Assembly: GCA_046538155.1 (NCBI GenBank)
Contig: JBKHJL010000001.1
Span: 426-64,425 of the forward strand
DNA: 64,000 nt
Direction: 5' to 3'
From: Candidatus Micrarchaeia archaeon
Lineage (GTDB): Archaea > Micrarchaeota > Micrarchaeia > Anstonellales > Bilamarchaeaceae
Part shown: positions 1-9,961 of the stretch, piece after piece
How the letters are laid out: every line of letters begins with the position of its first letter
Position numbering within the stretch: the first letter of the stretch is position 1
The notes under the pieces: generated by a model
The model's input: the letters and a program-made list of their open reading frames with translations, nothing else
Database searches by the model: none
What the model was told of the DNA's origin: nothing
Position numbers and translations under genes: made by a program

Positions 1-49
1 CAGAGATACATCATAAATCCGGCAAGGCCCCGCCCCAGGAAAAAATCTT

Positions 50-412
50 CTAAGAAATAAAATAAAAACTGGCAGCAAGCCTGAAATTCTTTACAAGTTC
101 CTTTATCCCTGTGGCAATCCCCAGGGCGAGCAGCAGTTCCATTCCTGTCCCCAGGTAGATAAGCATCCAGAGTGCAGGGAACCCCATGTTCTTGAGCATT
201 TCAGGGACTATTTTTTCCTTAAGCATCTCTGCTTCAGCCGGTTTCATTCTTTTCATGAGGTTCATCGCCTCGCCCACGCAAACCAGGGAAAATCCTGAGA
301 GGGCAAGGGCCGCGTTTTCCCCTTCAAAAATATCATAAACTCCGAAAATGAGAATTATGCTGCCTATCCATCCTATTATGCCGGAGCTAATTCCAAGGGC
401 ATGGTCCCTCAC
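50..412 (-). CDS. small hydrophobic membrane protein, unknown function
   Basis: 120-aa ORF with several predicted TM helices (GIIGWIGSIILIFGV..., LWMLIYLGTGMELLLALGIA). No recognisable motif. Confidence 0.4.
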   Translation of the reverse strand: MRDHALGISSGIIGWIGSIILIFGVYDIFEGENAALALSGFSLVCVGEAMNLMKRMKPAEAEMLKEKIVPEMLKNMGFPALWMLIYLGTGMELLLALGIATGIKELVKNFRLAASFYFIS

Positions 413-418
413 TTATGC

Positions 419-1687
419 TCACCACACCTGAGCATAATGTTTTCCCAGTTTTTCCTCTATCCTGAGGAGGCGGTTGTATTTGCAGGTCCTTTCCCCCCTT
501 GCCGGTGCGCCGCTCTTTATCTGGGTGGCCCCCGTCCCCACGGCAAAGTCTGCTATGAATGTATCATCTGTTTCCCCTGAGCGGTGGCTAACTACCACCT
601 CCATCCCGGCTTCCATTGCCAGTTCTGCCGCTTTTCTTGCTTCAGTGACTGTCCCTATCTGGTTCACTTTCAGCAGCAATGCATTCATTGCATTCATCTC
701 TATCGCCTTCTTCACTCTTTCCGGGTTTGTAACAACCAGGTCGTCCCCGACCACCTGGACCCTCCCCCCATACTTTCTGGTAAACTCGGCAAACCCTTCA
801 AAATCCTCTTCAAAAAGCGGGTCCTCTATGCTGAGTATTTTATAGGCCCGCAGCAATTCACCATAATAATCTATAAGCTCCCCTTTTTCCAGGTATTTGC
901 CATCAACAAAGTATTTCCCGTCATCTTCACGGTAAAAGGATGAGGCGGCAGCATCCAGGCCAATTCCCGCATTTGCAGAATAACCGCATTCTTCTATGGA
1001 TTCGGATATTGCATCAAGTGCCTCCGTTGTACTGCTCATTGGAGGGGCAAAGCCGCCCTCGTCCCCCACGTTCCTGGAAGTCCTCCCGTATTTTTTTACA
1101 AGCTTGTCGTTCAGGGTGCGGTATATTTCACATGCCGCCCTCAGCCCTTCTGAAAAAGAAGGGGATTTTGCAGGTATGACCATGAATTCCTGGATGGAAA
1201 GCCCGTTTCCCGCGTGCTTACCTCCGTTGATTATGTTCAGCAGCGGAATGGGCAGCTTTTCCCCACCCAAAAAATCATACAGCGCCATTTTCCTTGTGGA
1301 TGCGGCCGCCTTCAGGTTTGCCATTGAGACAGCCACTATTGCATTTCCCCCCAGTTTCTCCTTGTTCTTTGTGCCGTCCAGATCAATCATCTTCTGGTCT
1401 ATGTCTTCCTGGGGGCTCGCCTCCATCTCGTAAATTGCCGGCCCGATTGCCTTGTTCACGTTGTCCACTGCCCTGAGAACACCCTTTCCCCTGAACCTTG
1501 GCCCACCATCCCTGAGTTCTGCTGCTTCATGCAGGCCCCTTGAAGCCCCGGAAGGGCTTGAGGCCCTTCCGAAACCTCCGTCATCTGTTTTGATGTCAAC
1601 CTCAATTGTGGGATTTCCCCTTGAATCAATTATTTCCCGGGCAAATACGGATTTAATCTTCATATTGGTAAAACTATCCGAAAACAT
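419..1687 (-). CDS. eno: enolase (phosphopyruvate hydratase)
   Basis: 422 aa. Carries the enolase signature SHRSGETDDTFIADFAVG plus the conserved metal/substrate residues. The N-terminal TIEVDI motif is present. Confidence 0.95.
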   Translation of the reverse strand: MFSDSFTNMKIKSVFAREIIDSRGNPTIEVDIKTDDGGFGRASSPSGASRGLHEAAELRDGGPRFRGKGVLRAVDNVNKAIGPAIYEMEASPQEDIDQKMIDLDGTKNKEKLGGNAIVAVSMANLKAAASTRKMALYDFLGGEKLPIPLLNIINGGKHAGNGLSIQEFMVIPAKSPSFSEGLRAACEIYRTLNDKLVKKYGRTSRNVGDEGGFAPPMSSTTEALDAISESIEECGYSANAGIGLDAAASSFYREDDGKYFVDGKYLEKGELIDYYGELLRAYKILSIEDPLFEEDFEGFAEFTRKYGGRVQVVGDDLVVTNPERVKKAIEMNAMNALLLKVNQIGTVTEARKAAELAMEAGMEVVVSHRSGETDDTFIADFAVGTGATQIKSGAPARGERTCKYNRLLRIEEKLGKHYAQVW

Positions 1688-1717
1688 TTATATTTTTACT
1701 AGGGCCCAGAATACTCC

Positions 1718-2842
1718 ATGAAAGCAACTGCTTCTTCCGAAATGAAGCTTATAAGGCTCCTATGCAGCCTCGGCATTCCTGCCGAAGCAGTACTCATATC
1801 CAGGGAGGGGAAGCTTTTGCCTGAGACTGCACAAATCAGCAAAGGCGGCGAGGCAGAGGTGATTTATTATAAGCACAAGCCCCCGCGGCTCAGGCCAGGG
1901 GACCCCCCTTCCCACTGGGAGCGCGCAGACTATTCAAGCAATTGTGCATACTGCCAGTCATCTCCCGTGGTTTATCTTCCTTATGCAAAGCAGCACCTCT
2001 GCCCCAGGCATTTCAAGGAATTGTTTGAGAAGAGGGTGAAGCGCAGCATCCGCGCCCAGAGCATGCTGAATAAAGGAGAAAAAATCGGGGTTGGGGTTTC
2101 AGGAGGCAAAGACTCCTATGCGCTCCTGCATGCCCTTTCTGCAGTAAGGGAATCCCTTCCTTTTGAGATGGTTGCAATCAGCGTGGATGAGGGGATTCCC
2201 GGCTACCGCGGCAAGGCAATAGAAAATGCAAAAAAGCGCTGTAGGGAACTTGGAATCGGGCAGCACATCTACTCATTCAAGGAAGAGCACGGAAAAACAA
2301 TTGAGGAAATTGCAAAGGAGGGGAAAGATAACCTGTGTTCTTATTGCGGGGTGCTCCGCAGGAAAATACTCAATTCCAAAGCCAGGGAATTGGGCATGGA
2401 CAAGGTTGCAATCGGGCACAATTTAGATGATGTTGCGCAAACCGCAATGCTGAATTTAATCCGGAATGAGCCCCTGCGATTTGCGCGCTTCAACGAGCCC
2501 CTCATAGAAAATGAAAAGCTGGTCCCAAGGATACGCCCGCTCTGTGATATCCGGGAAAAGGAGGTAGCTGCATACGCATTCCTGCATGGGCACAACTACG
2601 ATTCGGGGCGCTGCCCGCATGCAACCTCCGCCCTCCGCTGGTCCGTGCGGCACGAGCTCAACTCATTGGAAGACCAGTATCCCGGGACAAAAAGCAAGAT
2701 TGCATCCAGTTTCAATACTCTCCAGGGCATTGTAAAGGATTCTTTAAATGGAAAAAACCTGGAGCTGAATTCCTGCAGGGTGTGCGGCGAGCCCTGCTCT
2801 GATGAAGTGTGCATGGGCTGCAAAATGCTAAGCGATTTATAG
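1718..2842 (+). CDS. PP-loop ATPase of the TtuA/NcsA/Ctu1 family (tRNA 2-thiolation enzyme)
   Basis: SGGKDS PP-loop. N-terminal CxxC...CPxH and C-terminal CxxC...CxxC zinc fingers. Central CSYCGVLRR and PLCDIRE Fe-S ligand motifs are typical of TtuA. Confidence 0.75.
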   Translation: MKATASSEMKLIRLLCSLGIPAEAVLISREGKLLPETAQISKGGEAEVIYYKHKPPRLRPGDPPSHWERADYSSNCAYCQSSPVVYLPYAKQHLCPRHFKELFEKRVKRSIRAQSMLNKGEKIGVGVSGGKDSYALLHALSAVRESLPFEMVAISVDEGIPGYRGKAIENAKKRCRELGIGQHIYSFKEEHGKTIEEIAKEGKDNLCSYCGVLRRKILNSKARELGMDKVAIGHNLDDVAQTAMLNLIRNEPLRFARFNEPLIENEKLVPRIRPLCDIREKEVAAYAFLHGHNYDSGRCPHATSALRWSVRHELNSLEDQYPGTKSKIASSFNTLQGIVKDSLNGKNLELNSCRVCGEPCSDEVCMGCKMLSDL

Positions 2843-2864
2843 GTTCTCCGGCATAACTGCTCCG

Positions 2865-3629
2865 ATGGAAATAATTTTTCTTGGAACGGGTGGAGGAAGG
2901 ATAAACCTCATCAACCAGGACAGGGCAACCGGCGGGTTCATCATCTCCGCGCCCAGGAATATTCATGTGGATCCCGGTCCCGGGGCGTTGGTTCACATGC
3001 GCGGGATGGGGCTTTCCCCGCTAAAAACAGACATAATTGTGGTAACCCATTCTCATATTGACCACATAAGTGATGCAGGGGTTTTGATAGAGGGAATGAG
3101 CAGGTATGGGCTCAGGAAAAAGGGAATTCTTATTGGCGGCCCGGATTCCCTTGAAGGCACCGGTGACGGGCAGAGAATCAGCGAGTTCCACCTTTCAAAA
3201 GCAGGGGAGGTTGTGCATGCGGAGCCCGGCCAATCCTTTGCATTTGAAGACGGTAAATTCACCTTTACAAAAGCTGTGCATGATACCTTCCCTGCATTCG
3301 GGTTTGTGCTGGAGATGGACCGGAAGCGCATTGGTTACACCGGGGACACAGAGTACTTTGAGGGAATGGACAAGCTCTTTGAGGGATGCGACCTCCTTAT
3401 CCTGAATGTGATGAAGCCGGAAACAGACCGCTACCACGGCCACCTCACGGCAGAAGACGCTTCCAAATTAATAGGGAGGGTGCAGCCAAAGCTTGCAGTG
3501 CTTACCCACATGGGCATGAAAATGCAGGCTTATCCTCCTGAAAAGAAGGCAAAAGAGATAGAGGAAGAAACGGGTGTAAAGACGATTGCGGCAACGGACG
3601 GGATGAAAATCTCCTCCGACCGGTTTTAA
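2865..3629 (+). CDS. MBL-fold metallo-hydrolase
   Basis: 254 aa with the HSHIDH metallo-beta-lactamase motif (HxHxDH) and downstream His/Asp ligands. Confidence 0.7.
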   Translation: MEIIFLGTGGGRINLINQDRATGGFIISAPRNIHVDPGPGALVHMRGMGLSPLKTDIIVVTHSHIDHISDAGVLIEGMSRYGLRKKGILIGGPDSLEGTGDGQRISEFHLSKAGEVVHAEPGQSFAFEDGKFTFTKAVHDTFPAFGFVLEMDRKRIGYTGDTEYFEGMDKLFEGCDLLILNVMKPETDRYHGHLTAEDASKLIGRVQPKLAVLTHMGMKMQAYPPEKKAKEIEEETGVKTIAATDGMKISSDRF

Positions 3630-3672
3630 AGGTTTAATAAGCAGAATAAACTAATTTTCGGGGTTATTTTTT

Positions 3673-6021
3673 ATGCTTGATAAAAGATTCTCACAGGCCA
3701 TTGAGGAAAAATGGCAGAAAGAATGGGAAAAAAGGGGCACTTATACGTTCAGGGGGCTGGACGAGAGGCCCACATATGCAATAGATACTCCCCCGCCCTT
3801 CACAAGCGGGGAACTGCACATGGGCCACACCCTCTCTTATGCGTATTTTGATTTTGTTGCGCGCTATAAGCGCATGCGCGGCTTCAATGTCTATTACCCG
3901 CAGGGATGGGACACCCAGGGCTTCCCTACGGAAACAAAGGTTGAGAAAAAATGCGGAAGGCTTCCGTGTGATGTTTTCAGGGAAAAATGCAGGGAATGGA
4001 CTGCCCGGATGATTGAAAGGATGAAGGACACCATGGTTAGGCTGGGATTCTCCCCGGACTGGGAGCACCAGTACCTCACCATGGACAGGGAGTATCACCG
4101 GAAGGTCCAGCTTTCCCTCCACCTGATGTACGACAAGGACATGGTTTACCGGAGCGAGCACCCGGTATTCTGGTGCTACAAGTGCAACAGCGCACTTGCA
4201 AAAACAGATACAGAAGACCTTGAAAGGGAAACCGTGCTCAACTACATTCTTTTCAAGGGCCCGGAGGGAGAGGACCTGGTTATTGCAACCACCCGGCCGG
4301 AGCTCATGTATGCATGCGTTTCGGTGATGTACCACCCGGATGATGAGCGCTACAAAAACCTGGAAGGCAAAAAAGCCACCACCGCACTGGGCAGGGAAGT
4401 CCCGGTGCTCCCGGACAGGGATGTGGATAAAGAATACGGCACAGGGCTCCTCATGGTCTGTACATTTGGGGACAAGCAGGACATTGTCTGGGCATACAGG
4501 CACAAGCTCCCGGTTATTTCACTATTTGACAGCAGGGGAAAGCTCACAGGGACAGGGGAGTTTGACGGTTTCAGGCCAAAGGAGGCAAGGGAAAAGATAA
4601 TAGAGAAATTCAGGGAAGAGGGCAAAATCATAAAGCAGGAGAAGACCTCTCAGGTTATCAAAGTCCATGACCGCTGCAAGACACCTGTGGAATACGCGTT
4701 TTCAAAGCAGTGGTTTGCAGACATAACAAATCACAGGGATGAAATAAAGAAGATGGCCAGGGAAGTCCGCTGGGTCCCTGACTTTGGGATAAACTATCTT
4801 GATGACTGGGCAGACTCTGTTGAGTGGGACTGGGTGATTTCAAGGCAGAGGCATTTCGGAACACCGCTTCCTTTCTATTATTGTCCTGAATGCGGAGAAA
4901 CGGCAAAGGCGGATGAGCTTCCTTTTTACCCGGAAAAAGCACCTGAGAAAACCTGCAGCTGCGGAGGGAAGATGAGGCCCGAGGAATCTGTGTGCGACTG
5001 CTGGGTGGATTCTTCCATAACCCCCCTGATGGTTGCGGGGTGGCCTGACCGGGAAGGATGGGAAAGGATGTACCCGAATGCGCTCCGGCCCCAGGGCGTT
5101 GAAATTATCCGCACCTGGGCATTCTATACCATCTACCGTTCAGGGATAGGGATAACCGGAAAAAAGCCTTGGGAGGTGGTCTTGCTGAATGGAAACGTTC
5201 TTGCCCCTGATGGCAGAAAAATGAGCAAGTCGCTTGGAAACGTCATCTCTCCTTCCGAACTCCTGAAACAATATCCTGCGGATGCATTGAGGCAGTGGGC
5301 AGCAATGAGCGGGGCAATGGCCAAGGACCGCCCCTTTTCCTATGAAGACATCAAATTTGCCAAGTCATTTTTGAACAAGGTATGGAATGCAGCAAAGTTC
5401 GTGCAGAAAAGCCTGGAAGGCTATGAAGGCCCAGCGCCCCCGCTTTCAGATGTTGACAAATGGATTCTGGAATCCCTGAACAAGGCAATAGAGGAGTGCA
5501 CAGATGCAATGGAGAACTATGAGTTCCACAGGTGCGCAAGGAAACTGCATGAGTTCTTCTGGCACGATTTCTGCGATGATTATCTGGAGTACGTAAAATA
5601 CCGCATTTATGGGGGTGGCGAGGGCTCAAAAAAGGCTGCACAATATACCCTCCGCGAAGTGCTCTACTCATTCATAAAGCTCCTTGCTCCCATCTCCCCC
5701 CATATCTCAGAAGAGATTTACCACGAGATGTTCAAGTCCCCAGGAGGGGAAGACACAATCAATTTCATGCCCTGGCCTGCTCCCGGCCCCAGGTTTGCTG
5801 AGGAGCACCGCAAGGTTGAGCAGATGCGGGAACTTATTTCAAAAATCCGCCAGGCAAAGGCATCCGCGAAGATTTCCCAGGGTGCGGAGATAATCCTTTA
5901 TTCACCAGGGATTGAGCTTTCGGAAGAAATGCTGGAAGAAGTGAAAAATATAACAAGAATAAAGGAGATAAGGGAAGGCGAATTCAAAATTGAAAAAGCT
6001 GAAGAAGAAAAAGAAGCTTAG
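3673..6021 (+). CDS. valS: valyl-tRNA synthetase (class I aaRS)
   Basis: PPPFTSGELHMGH (the ValRS-type PPPxxTGxLHxGH HIGH motif) and KMSKS (RKMSKSLGNV). At 782 aa it is somewhat short for ValRS. Confidence 0.8.
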   Translation: MLDKRFSQAIEEKWQKEWEKRGTYTFRGLDERPTYAIDTPPPFTSGELHMGHTLSYAYFDFVARYKRMRGFNVYYPQGWDTQGFPTETKVEKKCGRLPCDVFREKCREWTARMIERMKDTMVRLGFSPDWEHQYLTMDREYHRKVQLSLHLMYDKDMVYRSEHPVFWCYKCNSALAKTDTEDLERETVLNYILFKGPEGEDLVIATTRPELMYACVSVMYHPDDERYKNLEGKKATTALGREVPVLPDRDVDKEYGTGLLMVCTFGDKQDIVWAYRHKLPVISLFDSRGKLTGTGEFDGFRPKEAREKIIEKFREEGKIIKQEKTSQVIKVHDRCKTPVEYAFSKQWFADITNHRDEIKKMAREVRWVPDFGINYLDDWADSVEWDWVISRQRHFGTPLPFYYCPECGETAKADELPFYPEKAPEKTCSCGGKMRPEESVCDCWVDSSITPLMVAGWPDREGWERMYPNALRPQGVEIIRTWAFYTIYRSGIGITGKKPWEVVLLNGNVLAPDGRKMSKSLGNVISPSELLKQYPADALRQWAAMSGAMAKDRPFSYEDIKFAKSFLNKVWNAAKFVQKSLEGYEGPAPPLSDVDKWILESLNKAIEECTDAMENYEFHRCARKLHEFFWHDFCDDYLEYVKYRIYGGGEGSKKAAQYTLREVLYSFIKLLAPISPHISEEIYHEMFKSPGGEDTINFMPWPAPGPRFAEEHRKVEQMRELISKIRQAKASAKISQGAEIILYSPGIELSEEMLEEVKNITRIKEIREGEFKIEKAEEEKEA

Positions 6022-6028
6022 GATGCTT

Positions 6029-6532
6029 CTATTTTTCCAGTGTGTGGGCAACTATCCTTCCGCTTACTGTGTGCTCAGGACTTCCTGAGCTGCACTCAGG
6101 ATTAACTTCCGGGGCGCAGCTCACATAGTTTATGCTTACCCTCAGCTTTTCTGTTTCGCCTTTTGTTGCGCTGAGCTCACTCAGAGTCATTCCGATTGTG
6201 TAATCTGTTCCCTGGGGAATCATTACATTATATGAATTGTCCTCGTACGTGGTGCCGTCATTTGTAGTAATCTTTACCCCTGTCAGCCGTATGTCATAGC
6301 CAAGCCCGTTGCTTATGCGGAATTCAAGCTGTGGCGTTCCGCCTTCATCTATGTGGAGGAGATGACCGGTGCAGCTCAGGTCCGGCTGCAGAGTACATTC
6401 CTCAGCAATCAGGTAAGATGGGTTGAAAACTCCGGTAGCCATGATCGCCCCAATCACTACAACCAGGGCAACGAGTGCCCATCCGTAAGTCATCAGGTAT
6501 TCCATGGCTGCTTGGCCTTTCTTCGAGCTCAT
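6029..6532 (-). CDS. archaeal type IV pilin-like protein with class III signal peptide
   Basis: N-terminus MSSKKGQAAMEYLMTYGWALVALVVVIGAI has a KGQ cleavage motif, Glu at +5 and a hydrophobic stretch, as in prepilin-peptidase substrates. The remainder is a beta-rich extracellular domain. Confidence 0.6.
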   Translation of the reverse strand: MSSKKGQAAMEYLMTYGWALVALVVVIGAIMATGVFNPSYLIAEECTLQPDLSCTGHLLHIDEGGTPQLEFRISNGLGYDIRLTGVKITTNDGTTYEDNSYNVMIPQGTDYTIGMTLSELSATKGETEKLRVSINYVSCAPEVNPECSSGSPEHTVSGRIVAHTLEK

Positions 6533-6599
6533 GCTAAGATTTCAGAGAAAATACTTTAAAATACTTTACCATGAATAACTCAACAGCGGCAGTGGTGCG

Positions 6600-8237
6600 A
6601 TGGCTGAAAAAAAACCTCAATTAGTTGATGCCGGGAGCTATTACAAGATTGCTAATGATTATTATGAGAAAGGCAACTACGAGAAGGCAATAGAAAACTA
6701 CAACATGGCCATACTCCTAAACCCTCTTTTTTCTGAAGCATACTTCAACCGTGCCCTGAGCTATTACCAGATGAAAAACTACGACAAGGCGGTTGCAGAT
6801 TACAATGAAGCAGCCGAGCTCGACCCCAAGAACCCAATCATTTTCAACAACAAGGGGGACGCATTTTACCGCAAGCAGGACTACACAAGCGCAATAAAGG
6901 ATTATGACAAGGCGATAATGCTCAACCCCAATTACCTGAAGGCATATTACAACCGTGCACTCTCTTATGCCTCCCTTGAAGATTATGAAAAGGCAGTGGA
7001 GGATTTCAGCAAGGTTGTCCAGCTGAAGCCGGATTTCTCAGAAGCATATCACCTCAGGGGGCTTGCATATGAGTATGCAGGGGATGTGGACAGCGCGATT
7101 TCGGATTATGAGAAGGCCCTGGAGCTCAACCCCGAGCTGGCAGAAGCAAAAAGCCATCTGGAGTCTGCAAAGAGCAAGAAGCAGACAGGAGGGGGGGAAG
7201 AAGGCGGAAAAGAGGGAAAGACATCAGAGATAAAGGTACTCAAGAAGCCGGACATGAACTTCACCGATGTTGCGGGAATGGAAAAGATGAAGGAGGAGAT
7301 AAGGGAGGCAGTAATCTACCCCATGGCAAAGCCGGAGCTTGCAAGGAGGTATGGAAAGCTTGGAGGGGGAGGCATAATAATGTATGGCCCGCCCGGGTGC
7401 GGAAAAACATTTGTGGTGAAGGCAGCCGCAGGAGAATCAGAATCATCATTCATAAACGCAAAGCTCTCAGACCTGCTGGACATGTATGTGGGAAATACAG
7501 AAAAAAACATACACAAGGTGTTTGAAACTGCGAGGAAGAACACCCCCTGCATACTGTTCTTTGATGAAATAGACGCGATTGGGGGAAGGAGGGATGCGCA
7601 GCAGGGCGCCCAGTACATGAGGATGGCGGTAAACCAGATGCTTTATGAGATGGACGGAGTTGAGGCAAACAACGAGAACGTCTTGGTAATCGCCGCTACA
7701 AACGCACCTTGGGACGTGGATCCTGCACTGAGGAGGTCCGGCCGTTTCAGCAAAACCCTGTATGTTTCTGAGCCTGATTTTGGCTCAAGAGAGGCAATCA
7801 TAAAGATACACGCAAAAAAGAGGCCGGTTTCAAAGTACATCCCTTACAAGCGCCTTGCTCTTGCAACTTCCGGCTATGCATCTTCTGACCTTAAGGCCAT
7901 AGTGGATGAGGCAGCAGCGATTCCCTGGAGAGAAGCCTTTAAGAGCGGAAAGGAGAGAAAGATCGCTACAACGGATTTTATAAAAGCAATAAAGAAAAAG
8001 AAGAGTTCCCTTCCGCCCTGGTATGAACAGGCAAACAAGCAGATAGGAAAACAGGAAGAGATAACCATAGTGGACGGAAAGGAGCACAAGAAGGTTACGG
8101 AGAGCAAGATGGGCCCCGGGGAGAAGCAGGCATTCAAGGACCTCCTTGATGTAATAGAGAAGCGCAACAAGTGGTACAACAAGCTCTGGCTCAAAATCCT
8201 AAATAATTTTGCCCTGATTTTCCCAATCCCAATCTGA
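6600..8237 (+). CDS. TPR-repeat / AAA+ ATPase fusion protein
   Basis: N-terminal ~190 aa hold 5-6 TPR repeats (AxxYYNRALSYxxLxDYxKAxxDY...). The C-terminal half is an AAA domain with Walker A GPPGCGKT, Walker B ILFFDEID and second region of homology ATNAPWDVDPALRRSGRF. Confidence 0.8.
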   Translation: MAEKKPQLVDAGSYYKIANDYYEKGNYEKAIENYNMAILLNPLFSEAYFNRALSYYQMKNYDKAVADYNEAAELDPKNPIIFNNKGDAFYRKQDYTSAIKDYDKAIMLNPNYLKAYYNRALSYASLEDYEKAVEDFSKVVQLKPDFSEAYHLRGLAYEYAGDVDSAISDYEKALELNPELAEAKSHLESAKSKKQTGGGEEGGKEGKTSEIKVLKKPDMNFTDVAGMEKMKEEIREAVIYPMAKPELARRYGKLGGGGIIMYGPPGCGKTFVVKAAAGESESSFINAKLSDLLDMYVGNTEKNIHKVFETARKNTPCILFFDEIDAIGGRRDAQQGAQYMRMAVNQMLYEMDGVEANNENVLVIAATNAPWDVDPALRRSGRFSKTLYVSEPDFGSREAIIKIHAKKRPVSKYIPYKRLALATSGYASSDLKAIVDEAAAIPWREAFKSGKERKIATTDFIKAIKKKKSSLPPWYEQANKQIGKQEEITIVDGKEHKKVTESKMGPGEKQAFKDLLDVIEKRNKWYNKLWLKILNNFALIFPIPI

Positions 8238-8297
8238 GGCAGGAGTAATTCTGCTGGGTTTTAAATATTCACTTTCCTATCCATTTTTGGGATTGAA

Positions 8298-9527
8298 ATG
8301 ATAATAAGGAACGCCAAATTCTACCTCGGGGGAAGAGTGGTCAAAAAGGATATACTCATTGAAAGGGGAAAAATAGCGGGTTTCGGAAAATTCAAGGGAG
8401 AGGGAATAGAGGCAGGGGGGCTGTTTGCCCTTCCCGGCCTCATAGACCCGCATGTACACCTGCGCGACCCTGGGATGACACACAAAGAGGATTTTGAAAC
8501 AGGAACAAGGGCCGCGCTTGCAGGCGGATTCACCACCGTGCTGGACATGCCAAACACAAAACCCCCATGTACAAGTGCCTCGGAATACAGGAAAAAGAAG
8601 GAGATTGCAGGGAAGAAGGCGCTCTGCGACTATGGTCTGCATTTTGGAGCAACCGGAAATAATGTTCAGGGAGTTAAGAAGGCAAGACCCCGCTCCCTAA
8701 AATTATATATGGGGGAATCAACAGGGAAGATGCAGGCTGGGAATGTGCTTACGCTCTGGAGGCACTTCAATTCTTTCCCGAAAAACCGCCCCCTGATTGT
8801 ACATGCGGAAGACCAGGAAACCCTGGCTGCAATGAAAAAAGAAGGGAGGGAAAGGCCGGAGGCAGCAGAAAAAATAGGGGTGGAGAAGGCGCGAATACTT
8901 GCCCAGGAAGCAGACCGTGTAGTCTATTTTGCCCACACCACTCTTTTTGAAACAGTCCATCTTGCAAAGATATGGGAAAAATCCCTGGTGGAGGTAACAC
9001 CCCACCACCTGTTTCTATCAAAGGAAAAAGACGGAAAAAGGCTGAAGGAGTTTTCAAAGGTTTACCCTCCGCTTAGAAGCGAGGGGGGAAGGAGAGAACT
9101 CTGGGGTGCATTATACCATGTGGACACTGTGGGCAGCGACCATGCCCCACATACCCCTTCAGACAAGAGGAAAGGGGCTGCAGGGTTCCCCGGGCTTGAA
9201 ACATCCATTTCCCTGTTCCTGAATGCTTACAACAGGGGCGAGGTGGAGCTGCCATGGATAATAGACAGGATGGCAGAGAGCCCTGCAAGGATATTCGGGC
9301 TCAGTTCCAAGGGAAGGATTGACAAGGGGTATGACGGTGATATCACGCTTGTGGATTTGAACGAGGAATGGAAAGTATCCGCAGACGAGTTTGCCTCAAA
9401 GTGCGGATGGACTCCTTATGAGGGCTTTAAGCTGAAGGGAAAGGTAAAAAAAGTGATTTTGAGGGGGAAGCTTGCATTGGATGAATCAGGAGTAACGGGA
9501 AAAACAAGGGGGAAGAATGTGCTTTAG
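8298..9527 (+). CDS. pyrC: dihydroorotase (amidohydrolase superfamily)
   Basis: DPHVHLRDPG metal-binding motif, downstream His/Asp ligands (VGSDHAPH) and a 409-aa length. Confidence 0.75.
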   Translation: MIIRNAKFYLGGRVVKKDILIERGKIAGFGKFKGEGIEAGGLFALPGLIDPHVHLRDPGMTHKEDFETGTRAALAGGFTTVLDMPNTKPPCTSASEYRKKKEIAGKKALCDYGLHFGATGNNVQGVKKARPRSLKLYMGESTGKMQAGNVLTLWRHFNSFPKNRPLIVHAEDQETLAAMKKEGRERPEAAEKIGVEKARILAQEADRVVYFAHTTLFETVHLAKIWEKSLVEVTPHHLFLSKEKDGKRLKEFSKVYPPLRSEGGRRELWGALYHVDTVGSDHAPHTPSDKRKGAAGFPGLETSISLFLNAYNRGEVELPWIIDRMAESPARIFGLSSKGRIDKGYDGDITLVDLNEEWKVSADEFASKCGWTPYEGFKLKGKVKKVILRGKLALDESGVTGKTRGKNVL

Positions 9528-9961
9528 GTGCTCATGGGGTCAGGCTGCGGAGAAATTATAACAGTCCCGCCTTCATTGAACATCTCTACACGGTATTTGC
9601 CGGTCCCTAATTCACTACCCAAGAAACCTTCTTCATCTTCCATGGGGAACTGGGTGGTACGGACTACTTCGTTTATCTCTCCTGCCGAGAGCATCGTAAA
9701 TATTACTTCGTGTTCGCTTATCTGGGCAGATTCCACGGTTTCAGGAATGTATATCTCAGTAATCATTGCAGAGCCGTCGCCCATATGCCCAATTGCATTT
9801 ACCAGGAAGGAGATGCGGGCAACAGAAAAATGCACCTGGAGCAGGGCAAGGTCTGCCCTTATTGCATCCATCTTGAAGAGCATGATGTAAAGCAGAGGGA
9901 TAAGTATGAGCAGGATGAATCCGATAACCACAAGAAGTTCATTGCTAACCTGTCCTCTCAT
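9524..9961 (-). CDS. small membrane protein, possibly pilin-like (class III signal peptide-like N-terminus)
   Basis: N-terminus MRGQVSNELLVVIGFILLILIPLLYIM resembles an RGQ prepilin motif plus a hydrophobic helix. It overlaps the downstream CBS gene by 17 nt. Confidence 0.4.
   Translation of the reverse strand: MRGQVSNELLVVIGFILLILIPLLYIMLFKMDAIRADLALLQVHFSVARISFLVNAIGHMGDGSAMITEIYIPETVESAQISEHEVIFTMLSAGEINEVVRTTQFPMEDEEGFLGSELGTGKYRVEMFNEGGTVIISPQPDPMST

Noticed and set aside
474-1721. chain of + strand ORFs (123, 119, 79, 145, 60, 89 aa) overlapping enolase
   Set aside because: All lie antisense to eno, which has unmistakable signatures. They have no motifs and a Ser/Pro-rich composition.
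3691-4503. 270-aa antisense ORF inside valS, plus several other 60-100 aa antisense ORFs at 3894-5671
   Set aside because: It is fully nested opposite a highly conserved aaRS gene and its translation is low-complexity (Pro/His/Val-rich). This is typical spurious antisense ORFs from a moderately GC-rich coding region.
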